Source: the human T2T-CHM13v2.0 reference genome, Homo sapiens. Taken from it: a DNA stretch of 64,000 nucleotides. This document shows positions 27,248-38,510 of the stretch, piece by piece (within the stretch, counting starts at the first letter, position 1; each line of letters starts with the position of its first letter). Location of the stretch: assembly GCF_009914755.1 (NCBI RefSeq), contig NC_060944.1; one strand, 5' to 3'. The position numbers and the translations under genes were made by a program. A model generated the notes under the pieces. That model was not told the DNA's origin and did no database searches. It worked only from the letters and a program-made list of their open reading frames with translations.

Positions 27248-28585
27248 ATACACTTATATATTTTTTGTCTCTGGTGTGTGTATATATTATGTATACACAC
27301 ACATATATAACATACGCACCCACATTTATAACACACACATATATATGTATATAACAAATCAAATTTGATCTTAGCACTAGGACTCTGTTGTACCAATAAT
27401 TCAGGGTTTTTTTTTTTTAGTTCTAGGTAAAAACAGTGTCATTGATTTACTATCAGTGAATTCATGCAAATTCATATATTTGCATTGGTCGAGTGCCTTG
27501 TACTACAACTACAATGTTGAATAGAACATGTTCTCTCTTTTAGGGGAGCTCAAGATACAGGCAAACAAATGACTACACTTCAGAGCCATGTCATAATAAA
27601 AGTGCCCATGAAATGATATACAATCTAATTCTAATCAGATTCTCCAATTGACTTGCTATTTTATTCCTGTTCTCAATGGACTCCCATGTACTTTGTAAGG
27701 AGACAGAATGTCTGAGCAGAGAATCTTTAGAGAGAAAATCGTCAAATACCATCTTGGATACCAAATGTCCATCTTGTACTTGTGAATAATAATTCAGTCT
27801 AGCAGGATGTCCTCTTGCAAACTGAAATGAGCCTACAGTCCCATCTGTGGGAAAACAAGAGGACTCCTAAGTGTTACACACAGGATGTTGCTGATCTTGG
27901 GTCACCTGGCTAGCACAGGGCAGCTGTCTGCAGTCCTTTACCTCTGGCTGGATTTCCTCCTTCAACTTCTAAAAGTCCAAGGCTTGAGGACAGTTCCCTG
28001 GTGAAGATCACCAGCATCTTCTGTGGGCCAACTGAATTGCTGAGGTGGGAAGTAGTAAAAGTCAGAGTTAGGGTCTAGTTTGTCCTCCCTCTCTCTCATT
28101 TTGTGTCCAGCTTTCTTTCCCAACTGCCAACCTTGATTTACAGTTCAGTTAAGTCCCAAAAGTAGATGCAACAGCAACAATCTTCAGTGGACTTCAACAG
28201 TTCCCTCAGTTTTGTAAGAGTGAATTGCTCTGAAAATCCCCGATTCTGTGTCACTCTAAGTGGCTCTGCCTCCCTGATCATGTGTCAGCTGCATTCAATC
28301 CTAGCACCAGCCCAACCTTCAGGCCACCTCCACCATCACTCACTGGGCGATGTGTTCTGTGCTTGAATATCTTCAGAACATGCAGATTTGTCCTAAACAG
28401 GCCTAGGAAATGAATATACAATTATACATAAATTTTTATTTTATCGAAATTTGTTGTGAGTAAAATGGCAGTCCCTTATCTACTGATGGAGTACCTTCTA
28501 AAAGCTTTCCTTCTTATTCTTTATCAAATTATTCATTTAATATAAATTACTTATATATTTTTATGTATTTTATGTATTTTTTCAG

Positions 28586-28692
28586 AGATGATCATTTGGG
28601 TTTTGAAAAATTATATTGTAATAAAAAATCAAAATATTTACATTTATATGAGGATAATTCCTTTGTCCATGAATTTATGGACTTATTTAATG
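28586..28692 (+). pseudogene. Fossil exon I
   Basis: tattttttcag| acceptor. Stop-free DDHLGFEKLYCNKKSKYLHLYEDNSFVHEFMDLFN in very AT-rich DNA (cf. CATSPERE VQLFDDNGYVKDV; CATSPERD LGCPLLVYYDTLWKPVVELWRKDSF). Confidence 0.65.
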
Positions 28693-29277
28693 GTAGTCTA
28701 ATTTTCTTAAAGCACTAAACTCTAGAGGCATGGGTTGGCTGAAACACACAGATGACTTTGTTGACTCTAACCCAACTATCCTAGAGTAAGATTGGTTCTA
28801 CTGGGTGAAATGATCCCTCTTCTCCAATGCTTCTGATACCCCATTTCATTGTCTGCCTACACAGAGGGGAGAGGGCAACAGCTGAGGTTTCTTACAGTCC
28901 CAAGAGAACCATTTTTAAAACTCAGTCTATATAAAATATTTCCTGGATGTTTTCACCAAAGCTCATTAATGTAATTTTCACATCATTATTGCAGCTAATG
29001 ATCATGTAAGCGTTCCTGATCATGTGGAAAATTAAAGATGTTAAATTAAAATATTGACACTGATGTTAGTAAGTAATGATTGTTTATAAGATGTCTGGAT
29101 TTAAAAGCTTTGTTTACTTAATTTGTTAAAAATGGAAGTTTACTTGTCTTTGGTGTAGAAAATTAAACATGTGACTCTGAACTTTGTAGAGTGCTTAACA
29201 GCTTTTATAATACTTTTATAGGGGATTTACATTTGTTATGGGAATAGTCTTTTTACTGACTCTGCTTATATTTTCAG

Positions 29278-29778
29278 AAATGTGTCTTTAGCCACTAGCC
29301 GAGGACAGACCAATAAACAGCATCCAAAAATGTTAATGATTATATATGGTTCCAGAATTTACAATGGTTTGTGTTATGATTTTTTTTAATTTTACAGTGG
29401 CTGGAAAGTGAAACACATTCAATAAAAACTGTATTTCAAATACCCATACAATGATTCTACTTTTCACTTTCAGCACAGTATTCAATAAGTTGCGAGAGAT
29501 ATTCACATTTCACTATAAAATAGGCTTTGTGTTAGATAATTCTCCCCAACTGTAGGCTAATGTAAGTGTTCTGAGCATGTTTAAGGTGGGCCAGACTAAG
29601 ATACGATGCTCAGAAGATTAGGTATAATAAATGCATTTTGATTTATAATATTTTCAACTTACAATGGGTTTATCGGAACATAGCCCCAACATAAGTAGAG
29701 AAGCATTTTTATTATAGTGATTTTACATGGAGGCAATGGCAGGAAATGGAACCAGCTGTTCAAAAGCATACTTTGTTT
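29278..29778 (+). pseudogene. Fossil exon J, interrupted by MER47A
   Basis: tattttcag| acceptor. Removing the element plus one TA gives an open frame NVSLATSRGQTNKQHPKMLMIIIVIFTWRQWQEMEPAVQKH (cf. DYSFNNTMAQSGCLH...TWKSMIELN). Confidence 0.55.
29343..29709 (-). mobile_element. MER47A (TcMar-Tigger MITE)
   Basis: ccaactgtaggctaatgtaagtgttctgagcatgtttaagg..attttcaacttacaatgggtttatcgg; flanked by TA. Confidence 0.9.
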
Positions 29779-30339
29779 GTAACTTAAATGTTTATACATC
29801 CAATCTTCTTATAAAGTTTGAATTTTTTTAAGATAACTATACTAGACTTAATGTTGTGGTGGGTTTGTGACTGTCCTTGATTTTAGTCCTCAAATATCTA
29901 TAGCAGCAGCAGTTTGTATCTGAAATTATTACAAGGGGATTTGCCTATTAGAAATATGCCTAAGTTCCATTATTCATTAAGGTCACAGCAGCAATTCTGA
30001 TTAATGGAGCTGATTCTTGATAGCTGTGAGGATACTTCCAATACATATTATAACTTTTACAACAGAGAAAGCCCTTAATTTCCTTACCTGTAAAATCTGA
30101 GTAATAATTCCTGCCCTATGAATTGTAATGAAAATGAGAGAAGCTCCCAAAATGATCTAGATGAGACAATCAGGTGGAGATAAGACCAAGATGCTAGGAA
30201 GTCAGCTAGCCACTTTCTCACATCTAGCAAACTGCTCCTACCTACTATCCTTGCAAGAGGCAGAACTCAGATTTGTCATTTTTAAATATTCAGTGAACCA
30301 CTGGGCTTATTCAGGATTATTTGAAACTATAAATACATA

Positions 30340-30597
30340 TATTTTTTAAAATTCTTGGATTCAAGGGGTACGTGTACAGGTTTGTTACATGGATGTGTTG
30401 CATGATGGTGACGTTTAGGTTTCTAATAATCCCATGGCCCAGATAGTGAACACAGAGCCCAATAGATAATTTGCCTACCTTAACTCCCCACCCTCTTTTG
30501 GAATCCCCAGTATTTACTGTTGCCATCTTTGTGTTCATCTTTACCCAATGTTTAGCTCCCACTCATAAGAGAGAACACGTAGTGTTTAGTTTTCTGT
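30340..30597 (-). mobile_element. L1PA15/16-like 3' end
   Basis: ggggtacgtgtacaggtttgttacatgg..tttagctcccac; TSD tgaaac(t/c)ataaata at 30322-30335 and 30597-30610. Confidence 0.9.
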
Positions 30598-31689
30598 GAA
30601 ACCATAAATATTAAATGTAAGAGTAACAAGAGTCTACTGAATAGCTACAGCAGCATTCCTTAATGTTATCTTTTTGAATAAATACAATTTTGAAAGCTTC
30701 AGCCCTGCACATCAGGTCAATGCACTTAAGTAGCTAAACAAGAATGTCATAATTTGGTGCAAGACTGCACTTCAGGTATTCCAAGTATATCTGTGAGAGT
30801 AGCAGAAAGGTCCAAATCAGAAGAGAAAATTTGCCATCTTCATTCAGAATTTCTTAATCTTACTGGAAGTACATAAAATCTGTTTTTGTTTTAAATACCC
30901 TGATGGAATAGACCAATTTGGCAGTCTGAAAAAGAACTAAAAAAGCCCAGCTGTCCAACAAAGTCATGTCTCTAGGAAGAGACACACTGAGGGAAGGATG
31001 TAACTGAGAGAAATAAGACATAGGCCTCAGATTTCCTAGTTGGGCCAATGAGAAGAGTGAACAGCATCATTATGTGGAGAAAGTGAATTATAGAACCTGA
31101 TCGTTATTTGTGAGCTCATTGATGTAATGAATTTGCTTACACAGTTTATATGTGACAAAGTTTTGTATGTACCCACTTCTCCTTGTCCTTAGGCAATAAA
31201 TTGCCAAGAGTGTACAGACTTGGCCTTCTTGCCGAGAAAATTTGTGGAAACTGCCTTTTCAGAAAGAAGCAAAAATTAGTACAAAACATTGGGACTATTT
31301 TTTTTGTTTTGCCTTGTTTAATTTCTTTTTTTAAGACAGTCAAACCCCTGAGGGTGCACCCTTGGAATAACAGAAGTTTAGGATAGGAAAGAGTCTCTAT
31401 GGTCAGCTTGCCCTATTGAAGGAGCACCCAAGACCATCAGATGGTCTGCAGAGAAAGTGTTTATGATGTAATATCAATACATTTGTGAAACCTCATATGT
31501 CATAATGCTCTCTTGAAGAGTGACAATTCATATTATCATGTTAAAGACTTTAAGTCCTACATTAAAGAAAACACTTTAAGTTTAACCCAGTGGTTCCCAA
31601 ACTTTTTTGGCCAAAGATCCCTTTAATCCCTAAAACCTTTGCATACTTGTAAATGTTTATTTAATCCAAGCCTGAATTTGTCTTTAGTA

Positions 31690-31857
31690 ACTTCCTGCTT
31701 AACATATGGTCCTTAGACGAACGGCATCAGCATCACCAAGGGCTTATTAGAAATGCCAGTTCTCAGGTCCAGTCTTATATCTATCAAATCAGAATCTGCA
31801 TTTTAACAAGATTCTCAGGTAAAATGAATATGCATGCTGAAGTTTGAGAAGCACAGG
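31690..31857. mobile_element. MER5A
   Basis: gcatcagcatcacc..ttagaaatgc..aatcagaatctgcattttaacaagat..agtttgagaagcac. Confidence 0.85.
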
Positions 31858-32298
31858 CTCAGTATTCCTTCTGACTCACCATCTTCACTTCGTTGAAGTT
31901 AAAGACCTGCTGAGGAAATGTCTTATGCACAGCATTTAAGCAATATTACAACTACAGGCAAGTTGTACCTGCAAATAGTATTTGCACATGCTGCCTCTCT
32001 AGTTTCTGTGATGCTGGGAGATGTCTTTCAGAGGCCTGAGTGAGTCTTTACAACCTGCTCAATTTGTTTTGTGAATTATGAGTGATGAAATTCTAGATTA
32101 CAAATTGCAGACAAAGAAGTCTGTGCCTTTTCCCAGGCATAGCGTCAGCTGGTGAAGTTTATAGAGCCAGATGTATTTAGTAGAAATCAGAGCGTGACTA
32201 ACACTTCAAGAAGAAGATTTGCAGATGCACAAAAAAGAGCAGAGAAGTCCAGAATTGCAGCTTGGCTTTCAAATATGATTATTGGTTTTTTCTGACAG

Positions 32299-32421
32299 GT
32301 GAAACATTTATAAGGAATCAAAATGCTACTCATTATGCAAAATGCCTGCAGAAATATCTCTATCAGAAGCAACTAAAACGTATACAGTTGACCCAGACGG
32401 AGAACAAGGGCCCCTTCTCAG
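32299..32421 (+). pseudogene. Fossil exon K, 123 nt, phase 1-1, open
   Basis: ttttttctgacag| acceptor, CAG|gtatta donor. Reads ETFIRNQNATHYAKCLQKYLYQKQLKRIQLTQTENKGPFS (cf. WGPENYKHCFS...LNQPYEIINSSNGNHI). Confidence 0.6.
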
Positions 32422-32424
32422 GTA

Positions 32425-32545
32425 TTAGAAATGGTCTATATATTGATAGGGGTTACATGGGTCTATGCATCTGTCAAACTCAGCAAATTATTTAAGGTCT
32501 GTATGTGATTTCACTGTCTATGAATTATACCTCAATAAAAACGTA
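32425..32545 (+). mobile_element. L1M 3' terminus
   Basis: ggttacatgggt..tgtcaaactc..attatacctcaataaa. Confidence 0.7.
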
Positions 32546-32754
32546 TAACGTTTATCTTATGAAATTTGAGTGCAGCTGATATTAGATACAGCAATGTGGG
32601 CTGTCAAGAATACTTTAATGGAGATGTGCATTTGGAAATAAATGCCCTTCACCTGGTATATGGAGATATTTTTATGGGAGGGAATAGCCATTGAGTAGGC
32701 TGGGTTCCAGTGACTTCATGGTCATGCCAGTCAGCGTTACCAGCAATCCAGATG

Positions 32755-32990
32755 GCAGAGGGGGCTGTAGCATAGACTCTGAATTATTGATTCTGGGTTC
32801 AAATCTGAGCCTAGTTCCCAGTGACCCAGCACATGTGATTTGACCTTTCTGTGCCTTAGTTTCCCTATTTATAAATGGCAATGATAAAAATATTTCCTTC
32901 ACAGGAACGTTTGGAAGACCAAATGATTTAATATTTGTGAAGAACTTAGTATAGTTCTGGCACACAGCAAACACTATATACATATTTATC
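32755..32990 (+). mobile_element. MIR
   Basis: ctgggttcaaatc..tctgtgccttagtttccctatttataaatgg..tctggcacacagca. Confidence 0.75.
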
Positions 32991-33049
32991 AGATAAACAA
33001 AGTGACTCCAATAAGCTAGCTGCAACCACCGCAACTGTCATCTACAACT

Positions 33050-33260
33050 TAACCAGTTTTATTTTTTTACAGCACTTATCCTTCTTTAAGATGATCTTAT
33101 TTTGAATAATTTATTTGCATGTCATTGTCAGTTGCCCACCCACCTACTTCATAAGCCCCAAGACATAAGGGACTGATCTGTTTTGTTCTTCCCTGTACTC
33201 CTAGAACAGTGCCTGACACACAATAGATCATAACACACTGAATGAATGAATAAAGGAATG
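33050..33260 (+). mobile_element. L2 3' end
   Basis: cctagaacagtgcctgacaca..(tgaa)n. Confidence 0.75.
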
Positions 33261-33488
33261 ATGTTTAAAGCAAAACAGGTTCTTAAAGAAGTGAGTCCTA
33301 TGATATTAATGTTCCACCAAAATCATTTCCTTAATTACTGGTTAAATTGTTATGTGCCTATCCTGTGTGCTGAGTGGTACGTAAACAGCTTACTGGGGAT
33401 GAGGTATCTGGATTGATATGACCAAGGAAATTTCTTGAGTGAGAAGGAGCCAATAATTGGAAAACCCCTGATTACCTAATGCTTGTAG

Positions 33489-33690
33489 CATGTCCCAGGA
33501 TCTGAAGAATTTTTTATATATCAATATTTTGAATAAAATTCGTATTTGTCCTCAGAGAGACAAAAACTTCTGCTTTTAAGAATACTCAGAAGCTAAACTA
33601 AGACATTCATTATACCATCTAATTGTGCTAGATTGACATTTTTTCCTTCAGGATAATAAATCAAGTAAGATTAAGCAATTTATACTATGA
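33489..33690 (+). pseudogene. Fossil last coding exon L
   Basis: tgcttgtag| acceptor. In phase with exon K it reads ACPRI*RIFYISIF, then shifted NSY / C and NFCF*EYS (cf. CATSPERD VFYISIVDPYYSYCQLETIFSIYVYG). The expected TM segment is not clearly recognisable. Confidence 0.6.
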
Positions 33691-34681
33691 CTGGGAGGAA
33701 ACTCAAATTAACAACAGACTAGTTCTGCCCCTTAAATTTGGCAGATGCTCTATTTCCATTAATCTCTGCACCTGGCTTCAAATTTCATGAGGCAGGGTCC
33801 TAATCACACTCATCTATGCATCGCTCAGAGCTTCCTAGAGTGTCTTGTATTTAATACACACAATAAATAGATGAGCAAGCTAAATGAATTGAATTTGAAA
33901 GTGTAAATACATGCACAAGAGCTTGAGACCAAGGATTTAAAGTAAGGCTTTGTGTTTTACCAAGACTGCCCTCTGGAAGAACAGAGGGGTCACCCACACA
34001 ATCTGGAAATTAGGCTCACTCCTTCCATTTTACAATTCCTTATTGGCCTTGGTAGGCCTACAGGTTATTCTCAAAAACCTGACACACACACAGAAACACT
34101 CCCACACCCCTCCTCCCCCACCACACACAGTGTAGTGATGGATTTACTTCAAGGACCATGAGTTACGAGATAAGCCACACAGAGCAGAGCAAGAGTGTAC
34201 AATACTGAAAAATATGTTGTGGTGAAGATTCATGTTTGAGTCATAGGACGGGAATCCAGATGTTTATTTTTAGGGGTCTCAGATAACATATCTTTACATT
34301 TGAAAGGCAACAGGGTATTTGTTTGGTTACACTATAAGCATGTATTATTTTGTTGAGACTAAATTACTTTTTTTTATTTCTATGATGCAGCACTCTTTTA
34401 GTATGGAGAGGCTCATTTGGCAATTCCCTCACCTTTTTAGTAGAAATGAATTTTGATACAAGACCAAATGAGTGTCTCTTTCTTTTCACTAACTCCCATG
34501 ACCTGCATTCTGAGTTGTTGTTGTTTTTTAACTTGAGATACATGAGTCCTCTGTGCTGCATTCTGTCATCCCCAATATCATTTCTACAGAATGAATTGAG
34601 CAAAGATGGCCTAGCATTCGTATTTAGCAAGCAAATACTATGTGTTTAGCAAGTCTTCCACCAAAATACTTAGAAAGATCA

Positions 34682-35374
34682 TGTTAACAGTAGAGGGTGG
34701 TGACTGCAAGTTGTCCAGGTTCTTGGCGTTTTGCACAAAGAATTGGACAAAACGTCTAGCAGAGCAAAGAAAGAATGAAGGAACAAAGAAGGAAAGCAGG
34801 GATTTATTGAAAACAAAAGTACACTCCACAGTGTGGGAATGGACTCGAGCCACAAGCAGCAGCTCAGGGGCCCAAATACAGAATCTTCTTGGGTTCAAAT
34901 ACCCCCTAGAAGTTTCCCATTGGCCACTTCGTGCTCACCTCATGTAACTGAAGCAGTAGCCTGCAATCGGTCTGATTGGTTGCAGAAAACAGCCAACCAG
35001 AGGCTGAAGTGAAGTTACAAAGGTCACACTCCCGTGCAAACATCTGATTGGTTGCTTTTTGCAACCAATGACCTGCATTCTGAGGTGTTTTTTTTTTTTT
35101 TTTTTAACTTAAGATACATGAATCCTCTGGGCTGCGTTCTGTCCTTGGCTGCTTTTTGCAACCAATCAGAGGCTAGGGTGAAGTTACAAAGTTGCCAAGG
35201 AAGACTGGACCTGCAATCAGTCTGATTTATTGCAGACAGCCAACTTCCCATCTGCCGCATAGAAAAGGTCAACTTAGGCGTGGAAAGTTAGGGTTTTCCT
35301 TTCAATTTAGTTCCAGGAAATTGGCATGAAACAGTCTTAGGTTCCCTGCCTCCAGGCCCTATTCTCCTGCCTCA
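34682..35374 (-). mobile_element. ERV1 solo LTR (MER51A/B)
   Basis: Reverse strand begins tgaggcaggagaataggg..ggaggcagggaacctaag; internal CCAAT repeats; 4-bp TSD ATCA at 34678-34681 and 35375-35378. Confidence 0.92.
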
Positions 35375-35390
35375 ATCATGTTATCTATGG

Positions 35391-35530
35391 CAGTGCTTCT
35401 AAAACTATAAAGTGCATCCACATCCCTGTATGTGCCAGTGTGGATTCACCAGGTCTAGGGGGCACCTGAGATTCTGTATCTCAAACTGGGCCCTGGGTGT
35501 TGCTATAGACCACACTCTGAGTAGCAAAGT
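35391..35530. mobile_element. MER5-family MITE
   Basis: cagtgcttctaaaact..cctgagattctg..gaccacactctgagtagca. Confidence 0.7.
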
Positions 35531-36504
35531 TCTAAAGGGAAATATATTTATCACCCTTCCACAAACGGATTCTATTTAAAAAAAGAAAAAAGAAAGAAAA
35601 GAAAAAAATCATGTTATCTTCCTTAAAACATAGTTTCATATTCTTTGCCTCTAAATTAGGTGACTGTAAACTCCCTAGGCAATGAGGAGATTCCCAGCTA
35701 TGGTGGTCTAAGTGCAAAACAATTTTTTCCACACCATCAGCAGCAATGTCCACGCTCATTAAGGCTGTATTTCTGGATTTTCCTTTGCAATGGGCTTCCA
35801 TGTTAGATCTTCACTACATCCAATTTCAGAAAAAAAAAAAAGTTTTGAGAAAAGTTCTCCATGTGAGAGCACTTCTGTGCTGTTTTTGAAACTTCCTTCT
35901 CATTTTTCTGGTATCTTCCAGCAGGCAATGGGGAAACCTGCTTAAGCTCACCCCTCTTTCACTTTGAGCTTTATGGTGACACTTTTCTGGCACATATGTC
36001 AGCAGAGCCCACTTTTTAGCTGAGTTGAAAGGAACATGGGAAGCACTGCTTCATTTCTGCCTGGAAAAGCCAGGGACACGATGAAATGTGATTTTGTTTC
36101 CTGAAACGTGGAAGGATGGTTGGCGAAAAATGAAACATAGCACAGCCATCGCTCTTCACTAAGGGCCAACTCCTTGAGAAATGTGCTACTTTAACTCTCA
36201 GTAGTTTCTGGACAAGGCCTAAAATCAATCATAATCCTAAAAGAAAAAAAAGTTCTATTTCTTTTCCAGTGGTATTTCAGAGAATAGGAACTCTGTTACA
36301 ATTTGATTTGCACTCTGTTCGCAGAAAACCGACCACGCGCACTGGTTTTGCTTATTGGTATGTTTGGATACACACGTGCGTGCACCTGCTCAGACCACAA
36401 AATTGAAGCTCAGAATGGAAAACAGAGGTTTCCATTGAGGTTTCAGCTAAAATAAATTTAAATTTAAGCCTTTCTTTGCCAGTTTGTGCTTCAAAACTTC
36501 AGAA

Positions 36505-36790
36505 AGTGAGGAGATGCAGGTCAAAGGGCACAGAGCAGCAGATATGTAGGATGAGCAAGTCTAGAAATCTCATTTACAACATGAGGACTGTAGTTAGTAA
36601 AACTGTATGGTATTGGGGTTCTTTGTTAAATAAGTAGGTTTTAGCTGCTCTTGTCACAGACTCACAAAGTAACCATGTGAGATGATAGATATGTTAATTT
36701 GCTTTAAAGTAGCAATGATTTTACTGTCTGTGTATCTCATAACATCGTGTCATAAACCTCAAATATATACAATAAAATATATTTAAAAAT
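36505..36790 (+). mobile_element. L1MA4A-like 3' end
   Basis: gcagatatgtaggatgagcaagtctaga..ttttagctgctcttgtcaca..aaatatatacaataaa. Confidence 0.85.
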
Positions 36791-36877
36791 ACATATAGGC
36801 TGAGTTTTTCAGGACATAGAAAAGAAATATGAACTGGATGAGAATGAGAAACTCACATAAAATGGAAGAAGATTACC

Positions 36878-37169
36878 ATTATTATTATTACTTTGAGACA
36901 GAGTCTCGTTGTGTCACCCAGGCTGGAGTGCAGTGTCGTGATCTCAGCTCACTGCAGCCTCCTGAGCTCAAGGGATTCTCTGACCTCAGCCTCTCAAGTA
37001 ACTGGGATTACAGGCACCTGCTACCACATCTGGGTAATCTTGTATTTTTGGTAGAGATGGGGTTTCACCATGTTGGACGGGCTGGTCTCGAACTGCTGAC
37101 CTCAGGTGATCTGCCCGTCTCAGCCTCCCAAAGTGCTGAGATTACACGCATGAGCCACTGTGCCCAGCC
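36878..37169 (-). mobile_element. AluS
   Basis: Antisense dimer with (ATT)n tail and a small internal deletion. Confidence 0.93.
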
Positions 37170-37467
37170 AGAAAAAGATTATTATATCAAGATGGTTTTA
37201 TAATAATGAAGAATAGAAATCTGGACATACTCAGATTTGTAGCATAGACTGATGGACAGTCCTGTTTGCTCTCCCAAGCAGAAAATCTAAAAGGAAACCT
37301 GGCTTCTAAGGGTTTGGAGATTCAAACCTTGAATTCTGATTCTCTAATTACAAGTGGACTTCAGTGAGTTAAAAATACAGACATCAGCTGGAACTTGAAT
37401 GGAGGGTAGGGGCTTTGCTGGGAGTTGCCTGGTGAGGGAAATATTTTAAAAAGACTTTGAGTAAAAC

Positions 37468-38038
37468 TGTTGTAAGACCAACAGGTTCGTATGCCCATTT
37501 GCACAGTAACAAATCATTTGCAGCAGAGAAAGAGTTTAATCATTGCAAGTGCAGATCAGGGAGATAAGAGGAAACCCTCAAATCCATCTCCCTGAAGGAG
37601 TTCTGGGCTGGGATTTTTAAAGGGATTATGAAGAGTGAGGGGCTGGAAATTTGGGATTCTTGATTGGTTGGAGTAAGGAGGATAAAATCATCAGGTTTTG
37701 GAAAATGAATTATTTGGTAAGTCAGCTTCTCTTGGAGCCCTATAGACCAGCTGGCGTCAGTAGTTTTACTGGTATGCAGGACCTGAAAGAATATCTTAAA
37801 GGAAAAACTGAATGTTTCATAATGTTCAAGTTGTTATCTGTACAGCAGTTGAGGGGAACTATATCTTGTGTAACAGGGTCTATGTGATTCTAGAACAATA
37901 CACAAACATCTATGAGGAAGCAGGTCAGAGGAAGCTGACCTAATAATTTGTGCTGAATGTGTGGCAAGTTTGGTTTATTTTCTTCCCCCACAACCTTCTT
38001 CCCTGATTAATTTTATAAAGTTTATAGGGATGGTTTCA
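37468..38038 (-). mobile_element. ERV1 MER4-group solo LTR (LTR26-like)
   Basis: TG...CA ends; reverse strand begins tgaaaccatccctataaactttataaaattaatcaggg; 4-bp TSD AAAC at 37464-37467 and 38039-38042. Confidence 0.88.
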
Positions 38039-38183
38039 AAACAAAGGAAAACAGATACAACCAGGTTGGGTCCAAATGATTCAGGACATTCTCAGCAACA
38101 ACAGCCCCCATGACTTGAGTCTCTCTAATAAAAAAAGAAAAGAAAAAATCTGAGGACAACTGTAAGGGTAGTCAGGGTTTTCA

Positions 38184-38510
<327 letters not shown>

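Noticed and set aside
32379-32415. YTVDPDGEQGP in an alternative frame, resembling a fibrinogen-like or Caspr motif
   Set aside because: That frame has upstream stops; the open, splice-compatible frame fits the colinear CatSper-like series.
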